Source: a virus (Duplodnaviria > Caudoviricetes). From it: a stretch of DNA of 35,987 nt. Made by a program: the position numbers and the translations under genes. How positions within the stretch are numbered: the stretch's first letter is position 1; each line of letters opens with the position of its first letter. The stretch spans positions 1 to 35,987 of the IMG/VR virus record IMGVR_UViG_3300037307_000890; one strand, written 5' to 3'. Shown here in pieces: positions 27,801 to 32,670 of this stretch. The notes below the pieces were generated by a model. The model ran no database searches. It saw only the letters and a list, made by a program, of their open reading frames with translations, and was not told the origin of the DNA.

Positions 27801-29470
27801 TCACCTGGTCCTATGGAGCCGACGGCCAAGTGAAGACGCAAGGCGATCCTAACGGCAACTCGACCGCGTTTGGCTACGACGCACTCGGGCGCGAACGGAC
27901 GCGCGTGACAACAGCCGCGGGTCCTGTGACTCGCGCTCAGTACGCGTGGACCCGGAACCAGGCTGGCCAGGTCCTCTCGGAGGCGTCCACGATCACCGGC
28001 GATCCCGCCAACAACACCCGAACCTACACGTACGATTCGATCGGGCGCCTGACTGGGTTCAGCGACGGTACCCCGACCACCTATGGCTGGCAGGAAACGC
28101 CGAACCGGTCGAGCGTACAGGTCGGCGCGGGAACGCCTGTCACGACCGCATACAGCAATGCCAACCGGCCAGTCAGCAATTCCCTTGGTGGTGTCTACAC
28201 AAGCGATGCGGATGGCCGACTGACCGCTCGACCCGACGCGGCGGGCTCCGCCTACCAGCAATTCGAATGGGACGATCTCAGCCGCCTGACCCGCGTCACG
28301 GGCCCGACGGGGACCGTGATCGCAACGTACAGCTATGACGCCCTCGATCGCCTGCGGGTTGTTGACTACGGCGGATCCAACAGGATCCGCTTCCGCTACC
28401 TCGGCATGACCGCTTCAGCGGTCCAGGTCATCAACGACTCGACGGGAGCCGTCATCCGGCATATCGGCAACGCCTGGACCGGCGAGCACCTTGAGGATTG
28501 GGCTCCTGGAGGCGGTGCTCTTCGCGTCTTCGGAACAAACGGCCACCATGACGTGACCTGGACGGCTGGCTCGACGGGCTCGGTCACCGGGACCGCTCGC
28601 TACGACCCGTTCGGCACCGCGACGGCCGTGACGGGCTCGATGCCAGACTTCCGTTTCCAGGGCTCGTGGGCCGACAACACCACGAAGCTGAGCTGGGCAG
28701 TCACGCGCTGGTACGCGCCTGCTCAAGGCCAGTTCCTCAGCGAGGACACCCTCGTGGGCGAGCCACGGGAGCCCGACTCCCGTCACCTCTACGCCTACGG
28801 CGAGGGGGATCCGGTCGGGAAATGGGACCCGGACGGTCGTCGGGGCGGGTCGTGGTCGGCGCATCAGACCGCCGTTCTCCAACTGGCAATGCTCGTCAGG
28901 TTGTCCGTCTGGGGCGTCCGCAAGACGACGATCATCACGGCGGACGGTTTCCTTCGCCTGGGCCTGACCCGATGGGTATTGCCGAGCGGCAACCGCCCCG
29001 ATGTCGCGCGGATCACGTTCTATCCGCGGGGCGGGATGCACACCTGGATCTGGGAGGTCAAGCCGTGGAGCACCTACGGGCGCAACACGGGCATCGGCCA
29101 ACTGCTCGACTATCTCATCGAAGTCGCGGGGCTTCGGACCACGCGGGTTCACCGGGGATACTGGCTGATCCCGTTCGCGACGCCGAACCGCTATCACGGG
29201 AACGAGTGGGTGTTCTCGTGGTCGGGCACCGGAGCCTTCTCGGGGATTCGGTGGTACCGGACGGTGCGGTACGACCGAGTGCGAGTTCCCAAGCCGGTCC
29301 CGGTGACTGCTCCCGCTCCGGAACCGGTGCGCGTGAACGTGCCTCAGACCGTGGCAGAAGGCGTGGGCATCGGTGTTGGCGTCTACCTCTTGTACCGTGG
29401 CATACGCATGCTTCCCTCGCTGCTACCACCGCTTTGGCCGACCATCCCCGCAAACGTGGCCATTCCGTGA
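21830..29470 (+). CDS. rhs: RHS/YD-repeat polymorphic toxin, 2546 aa: signal peptide, Ig-like repeats, YD shell, RHS core, PD-(D/E)XK nuclease tip
   Basis: GAGGAGG RBS then ATG 21830; MRRLL plus hydrophobic signal; TYSS..G.FG.GW; many YDxxG repeats; YDPFG, RWYAP..GQFLSED, PVGKWDPDGR; tip RPD...IWEVKP...G..QL..Y. Confidence 0.92.
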   Translation: MRRLLPPLRLRVIVLSAVMVSTMVGLEAAPLPAPADGRASAPLPLGLGPDPVLAAYCASNPTLTGRLTASASSTTAVSRITNANVYGYISNVNSAWSCTLYRRYSAIAWNTTATTGRFNWGTLINSTSVACNWAVGSTDYLKANDTADCPDTDAEYAMQVTLTAERVYQADVNHNGVGDFSFAHADCDTTPYYGDEIGKGTEASPVSFSTSASYTANRPGSNCDPITLDGTGTTQTVTYDKTAPVTNITAPTAAVKQAATSYTVQWQATDNVAKFGGTNDWDLQRQIATASGGSCGTFTNDTAAGNLVSGTSETAQSQSQTGLVHAKCYRWTLAATDQNGNAATLDTSPAVLIDTTAPVPDFATPDEGSTVTNGTTTYNVAWTESDPESAVTGRSLQRQRATLTGSTCGTFSNDGSAVTTVSPVSATLADGYCYRWVQTLTNGAGTTGASTSGTVKNVVGSPSVDFTTPNEGSTTIQATTSYTVAWTETAGSGTINSRSLQRQKGTIVTPNTCAGVTWANDGTASTAVSPVAVTGLLDGTCYRWTQTLTNSNGKSSTGTSGSVLVDTTAPAGSIVTPAANAPLAGDVTITGSATDTGTFLNYQLEYGAGTTPSAWTTIGTFTTQVAADNPLAMWSTGNLNGVHSLRLTVRDTAGNPAYQTTRLVYLENAERGTETYQTRVPFDLGGGWALDVGVSNGEGRLSRELFRIPSYGPPQSLGLTYSSLEIGAAGKFGVGWTSNLTQYLSFESGFVVWHRPDGGRVPFGNIGGAWTPLRGHFEVLGPGTGTYSVTLKDQTKLIFENSGAGRLTKIEDRFGNALNVVWGASSATATDASGRATTLTIDAVNSRITAATDSAGRSWGFGYTGTDLTSVTDPAGKVTTIGYNASHQLTTVIRSRSRVSGPPETISWTVGYASGKATSVTDPIDGAAASPNRNRFTYDAGSTTAELLQSYGAGPVWNASTYLIDSLGRVTSMTDPEGFQTSWVYDADSNATSVTTPIDDTTSATTTSAFDTRGNLVSESVPLDASTSVTTVNSWSATNDILTKSEADNDGSLKLVTKYSYDAEGHLTSVNVNCTTSGTTPPAVAASCTGAGTQDSATNLITSYAYTANDQLAYEQDPMGLVTRHAYDNWGNETSVTRNCTSSGTTPPSPFSSCTGSGTADHQTNVTTTATFDQATVAGKAGLATRTTSAVGYASDYAYDALGRLVTEAMPGDASIPALTRTMSYDEFGNVLALTESWTPIGGGGQVARTTTRVYSATNQLTSVTDPSGTVNSAVYDAAGNQTSTTENGVTTTHSYDGLGRATSDTTDSGTTTHEYDAAGRETVKGLPEGGITKSTYGYTGWVLSEITDPDGLALTTTHTYDKLGHELTVTDPEGATSTYTYDRAGRQITTTTAVGVSTNVYDRTNNTVTVKAPDGTVKGTLFDPLGRPTDSITNCTNSGTTPPAAGTACLGTGTHDVTTNLTTTTFYDAAGTTIAERDALGITERIIPNARALTGQQIANCTDSGLTPTSNPRACVGGGTHNATTNVVTTTTYDGTSSVVGTSVAVGTGAQATTTTAYDGAGRVQAVQDPAGTITRNIYDADGQVVTAIVNCTNSGTTVPATGWETCTGAGTQDGTFNLTTSYTYDAAGNKVSETAPNGRLTTLAYDYDNRLITRIENDVASPSLPTEDVTTSYYYDSAGRLAATVSPTSDGSSSTITRQVSDANGRVVRVIRNCTLAAPGDNPADCGGPNGTALGAQTFEANVVTDNEYDAAGNLIKVTAPDPSASLAGTGSVVTRYAYDAANRLCRVLEGSAVTDLAWASAGCSGSISGTATTNLSTRYSYDGAGNLVNQTDARGKVSLYGYDPEGHLTSTTDADGATVVWAYDALGQKIRQENRSDPTGTASVTWTYDGAGRVLTRTADGATTSYTYDANGNKLTASVNGQTITATYDRLNRVVSVDDDDADSTPDMTFTYSLTSPSWTDPTGTYLVTLDKFDRALSLDDPVNAATFTWSYGADGQVKTQGDPNGNSTAFGYDALGRERTRVTTAAGPVTRAQYAWTRNQAGQVLSEASTITGDPANNTRTYTYDSIGRLTGFSDGTPTTYGWQETPNRSSVQVGAGTPVTTAYSNANRPVSNSLGGVYTSDADGRLTARPDAAGSAYQQFEWDDLSRLTRVTGPTGTVIATYSYDALDRLRVVDYGGSNRIRFRYLGMTASAVQVINDSTGAVIRHIGNAWTGEHLEDWAPGGGALRVFGTNGHHDVTWTAGSTGSVTGTARYDPFGTATAVTGSMPDFRFQGSWADNTTKLSWAVTRWYAPAQGQFLSEDTLVGEPREPDSRHLYAYGEGDPVGKWDPDGRRGGSWSAHQTAVLQLAMLVRLSVWGVRKTTIITADGFLRLGLTRWVLPSGNRPDVARITFYPRGGMHTWIWEVKPWSTYGRNTGIGQLLDYLIEVAGLRTTRVHRGYWLIPFATPNRYHGNEWVFSWSGTGAFSGIRWYRTVRYDRVRVPKPVPVTAPAPEPVRVNVPQTVAEGVGIGVGVYLLYRGIRMLPSLLPPLWPTIPANVAIP

Positions 29471-29476
29471 CCGCAC

Positions 29477-30055
29477 ATGCCTAGATCCCGAAAGGACAGC
29501 CACGACCCGGACTACGAGCGTGCGAAGCAGGCCTTCGCCGCGCTCGGGTTCGACCTGGACCGAGACAGCGTCGAGGCTCAGTCACGCAGACTTGGCCTTG
29601 ACGACCCGGATCCCGACAGTCCATACGCCGGCTGGGATGAGTTCACCCAGGCGGTCTCACCCGGCGAGGTGCGCGACCCCTGGGAAGGCGACGATGTCGA
29701 CCCTGCCTATTGGAGTCCCGCGCTGCCGGTCGACGTCCTGCAGGACTTCGAGCTGGACCCACTCGAGTTGACCCTCGAGCTTCACGAGCCAGCCAACCGT
29801 TCGACTGTCGAGCGCCTGAGCGAGCTCCTCGCCGCCGCGTCGCGAGCCGCCGGAACGGACGCAGATGGACACATCTCGTGGTGGAGTCGGGCTAGCGCGG
29901 CTCAGCTTCCGTCAGGCGCGCCCGCTGTTCAGTGGTCTCTCGACGCAGCGTCCGCTGGTCCACGCACGATCGAACGGCTCATCGATTCCCTCGTCCGCGG
30001 TATCGTCGCCCTTGAGGTTCGGAGTCGACGCCTTATCGTTGGTCACCTGACCTGA
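29477..30055 (+). CDS. Putative cognate immunity protein
   Basis: Starts 6 bp after the toxin stop; strongly Asp/Glu-rich N-terminal half facing an Arg-rich toxin tip; no signal peptide. Confidence 0.65.
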   Translation: MPRSRKDSHDPDYERAKQAFAALGFDLDRDSVEAQSRRLGLDDPDPDSPYAGWDEFTQAVSPGEVRDPWEGDDVDPAYWSPALPVDVLQDFELDPLELTLELHEPANRSTVERLSELLAAASRAAGTDADGHISWWSRASAAQLPSGAPAVQWSLDAASAGPRTIERLIDSLVRGIVALEVRSRRLIVGHLT

Positions 30056-30064
30056 CTGGCTCCC

Positions 30065-30295
30065 CTATTCGAGCCACGCGCTCCAAGCGGCTTCGCCCGT
30101 GCGAACGACCGCCAATGGCGCGGTCGTCTTGATCATCTCGGGGCAGCCCTGGTTCAATCCTGCCTCTTGGAGTAACCCGGTCAGGAGGCGGTCTCGATTC
30201 GTCTGGCCGGGCCTCGGAGCGGGTCTGGGAGGCTCGAGAGACGCCCATGGCCGACCGTCGGCGACAGTTTGTCCGTCAAGCCGACCTGGCGTCAC
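30065..30295 (-). CDS. Possible small hypothetical protein
   Basis: GAGGA then GTG at 30295; converges on the immunity gene; no motif recognised. Confidence 0.25.
   Translation of the reverse strand: MTPGRLDGQTVADGRPWASLEPPRPAPRPGQTNRDRLLTGLLQEAGLNQGCPEMIKTTAPLAVVRTGEAAWSAWLE
30105..30127 (+). terminator. Hairpin downstream of the toxin-immunity operon
   Basis: 8-bp perfect stem ACGACCGC-caatggc-GCGGTCGT followed by CTTGAT (weak U tract). Confidence 0.4.
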
Positions 30296-30451
30296 GACTT
30301 CCTCGCCCCCGACAACGCTTGTTGGCGGCCGATTGCGAGCGGTGGGAATGGCGCAGAGATGCTCTCTCGCGGCCCATCCCGTCCACCGTGTATCCGCCGT
30401 TGATACGCAACCTGTGGACATCTTCGCCGCCGGCGCCGCAAGATCGTGAAT

Positions 30452-30513
30452 AGAACGCCTGTTCGAACTCCTGCCCCGTCGATAGACTGAACTGCTCGAA
30501 GCACTCCTGCTCG
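30452..30513. promoter_or_regulatory. LexA/SOS box (GAAC-N4-GTTC) with two degenerate copies and a -10-like TAGACT
   Basis: AGAACGCCTGTTCG at 30452-30465; CGAACTCCTGCCCC at 30464-30477; AGCACTCCTGCTCG at 30500-30513; TAGACT at 30483-30488. Confidence 0.7.
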
Positions 30514-30635
30514 CCGGCCAGCCACTCGGCTGAATGACTTCCGGAGGGCCACTTCCCCGTGTTCGAACCCATCAGCGGGACGACTGCGCCCCGCGTCACC
30601 CGTGGCCGCCCGGTGACCGGGCAGCAGGTCGGCCG

Positions 30636-31130
30636 ATGAGCCGGTCCGATCCCCTGCTCATGCTGGCCGATATCGCGCTGCTCGAAGCCGAGCGGCCGGA
30701 CCTCGACGTCGTGCTGATCGCCGCCATCTACCACCACCTCCTCGCGATCGAGGAGCGCCAGCCCACGCTCGACGAGTTCCGCGCCTACGTGGACCGCGTG
30801 TCCTGCCTGGGCGAGGAGGCGCTGCGCCAGGAGCTCGAGGTGGTCGACATCGGACGCGGTTGGACCCGGGTGAGGCCCGGCCGCCCTGCGGCGGACGGCA
30901 CGCCGCGTCCCAGGACCGACGCTGCACCGCTCGACGCACCGAGACTGGGCCGGCCCGGCTGGACGGTCGAGCTGTTCGCCACGCGCTACCAGGCCGCGAA
31001 GGCGCGGGCGACGCCCCCGTACACGTATCGCTCGATCGCGGCGCACTTCGAGATGCTCGACGGGACGGTCGGCGCCGATCCGGATCACCTCCGCAAGCTC
31101 GTGCGGCGGTACGGCCCGGCACCCGGGTAA
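30636..31130 (+). CDS. Putative transcription regulator with C-terminal HTH-like region
   Basis: ATG 30636; GRPGWT...TYRSIAAHF...DPDHLRKLVRRYG; first gene after the SOS box and followed by a repeat array. Confidence 0.55.
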   Translation: MSRSDPLLMLADIALLEAERPDLDVVLIAAIYHHLLAIEERQPTLDEFRAYVDRVSCLGEEALRQELEVVDIGRGWTRVRPGRPAADGTPRPRTDAAPLDAPRLGRPGWTVELFATRYQAAKARATPPYTYRSIAAHFEMLDGTVGADPDHLRKLVRRYGPAPG

Positions 31131-31214
31131 CGCACCGGACACCCGGCTTTCGCACCGGCTTTCCACCCGGCTTTCGCACCGGACACCCGGATAAGACACC
31201 GGGTAAGTCACCGG
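31121..31214. repeat. Array of nine (A/C)CCGG-centred direct repeats (operator/iteron-like)
   Basis: CCGG cores at 31123, 31135, 31143, 31155, 31167, 31179, 31187, 31199, 31211 (spacing 12,8,12,12,12,8,12,12). Confidence 0.85.
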
Positions 31215-31264
31215 ATTGCGCCCCTGTTTCCACCCGGACCCCGTGCTCCACGCTGCTCGGCGTG

Positions 31265-31477
31265 ATGCACACCTTCACCGTCGCCATCCCCACCGACGCC
31301 GCCGAGCGACTGCGCGAACTCGCCCGCCGCGAACGGCGCAGCCCGCGCCAGCAGGCGGCCGTCCTCGTCCTCGCGGCGCTCGATCGCGAGGTGCCCGCGG
31401 CGGTACCGCCCCACATCGACGGGGCGCCCGGCTGCTCGTGCAACCCGCGGGACGTGCCGGCCGAGGCGGCTCCGTGA
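31265..31477 (+). CDS. Ribbon-helix-helix (Arc/CopG-like) DNA-binding protein
   Basis: FTVAIP...ERLRELARRERRSP.QQA..L...L. Confidence 0.75.
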   Translation: MHTFTVAIPTDAAERLRELARRERRSPRQQAAVLVLAALDREVPAAVPPHIDGAPGCSCNPRDVPAEAAP

Positions 31478-31656
31478 CCCGCGTCACCTGGACCGCCGAC
31501 CGGGACGGCCAGGCCCACGCGGCGATCACCCGCCGCATGCGCACGCCCTGCGGCCGCTGGCCGATCCACCCTCGCTTCGGCTGGCCGGAGACCCGGCCGC
31601 GCTGCGCGGTCTGCCTGGCCGCGGTGGAGGAGGTGGTGCCACCGAAGCGCCGCTAG
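31474..31656 (+). CDS. Small zinc-finger-like protein
   Basis: GTGA coupling, GAGG RBS; HA...TPCG...RCAVC. Confidence 0.65.
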   Translation: MTRVTWTADRDGQAHAAITRRMRTPCGRWPIHPRFGWPETRPRCAVCLAAVEEVVPPKRR

Positions 31657-31704
31657 CGACCTTCGACCACCTCCTCTCCTCCCGCAAGAAGGAACAGCCA
31701 GACC

Positions 31705-32202
31705 ATGACCGACGACATCATCACCATCAGCGCGGGCGCGCCCGCCAGCGACCTCACCCCCGGCGTCTACGAGGTCACCCTCACCGAGATCTCCGAGCCG
31801 CGGACGATCTACCCCCAGTCCGGGCCGAACGCGGGCAAGGAGGTCCAGCTCCGCGACTGGACATTCGCCCTCGAGGACGGCTCCGAGGTCACCGGCTCGG
31901 CGTCCGTCGCTTCGGGCCCGAAGTCGAAGACGTACGCCTGGCTGACCGCGCTCCTGGGCGGCACGCCGCCCGCGGTCGGTCAGAGCTACCCCAAGTCCCA
32001 GCTGCTCGGCCGCGAGGCGCTCGCGACGATCGCGATCGACGAGGGCGGCTGGGTCAAGATCGCGAACCTGTCGGCCCGCCCGAAGTCGCGGGCGGCGGTT
32101 CCGGTCGCGGCCCCCGTGGCGGCTCCGGTCGCCTCGTCGGTCGCGGCTCCCGCGAAGCCCGTCGCCGCGCAGGCGGTCGCCGTCGACCAGCTCCCCTTCT
32201 GA
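31705..32202 (+). CDS. Single-stranded DNA-binding-like protein
   Basis: AAGGA RBS; PGVY.V.L..I beta-rich core, Ala/Pro linker, C-terminal DQLPF resembling the SSB DDIPF tip. Confidence 0.7.
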   Translation: MTDDIITISAGAPASDLTPGVYEVTLTEISEPRTIYPQSGPNAGKEVQLRDWTFALEDGSEVTGSASVASGPKSKTYAWLTALLGGTPPAVGQSYPKSQLLGREALATIAIDEGGWVKIANLSARPKSRAAVPVAAPVAAPVASSVAAPAKPVAAQAVAVDQLPF

Positions 32203-32217
32203 AGGCCGAGAGCCGCC

Positions 32218-32670
32218 ATGGGCAGGCTGAGCAGGCGGATCCGCCTCGGCGTCCTCGAGCGCGATGGGTACCGCTGCGTGTACTGCGGCCGGTCGTCGCG
32301 CGAGACGGCGCTCGAGGTCGACCACGTTCGCCCGCGTGCCCATGGCGGCTCCGACCATCCCACCAACCTCGTGACTGCGTGCGTCGCATGCAACGGCGGC
32401 AAGAGCGATCGGATCGTCGCCCTGCCGAGCCACGCGGCGACGCAGGTGCTCCTGGCGCGTCGGCCGAGCACGCGGGTCCCGGCGCGGCAGTTCGTCCAAT
32501 CGCCCGCGAGGTGCCAGGGTGAGCATCATCCCGGTCCCTTCGCGGCCAACCTCTACGGCCCCCACAACGCGCCGGCCAGCGAGGTCGCCGTCGTCTGCGC
32601 GACGTGCCGGCACATCGTGGCCACGTACCTCCCGGTCGACCACGTCGTCCGCCCGGTGGGCACCCGATGA
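32218..32670 (+). CDS. HNH endonuclease
   Basis: RDGYRCVYCG...LEVDHV.P...GG.....NLVTACVACN.GK. Confidence 0.9.
   Translation: MGRLSRRIRLGVLERDGYRCVYCGRSSRETALEVDHVRPRAHGGSDHPTNLVTACVACNGGKSDRIVALPSHAATQVLLARRPSTRVPARQFVQSPARCQGEHHPGPFAANLYGPHNAPASEVAVVCATCRHIVATYLPVDHVVRPVGTR

Noticed and set aside
12500-29470. Contractile injection system or tailocin delivering the RHS
   Set aside because: No sheath, baseplate wedge, VgrG or PAAR; full head and replication modules are present; the RHS has an export signal
30555-30580. tRNA T-loop-like GTTCGAACCC as a possible att site
   Set aside because: Flanks (CCGTG/CCATC) do not pair as a T-stem and no acceptor stem follows
31121-31214. CRISPR array
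   Set aside because: Period is 8-12 bp with no unique spacers and no cas operon; the PD-(D/E)XK gene is a typical phage exonuclease
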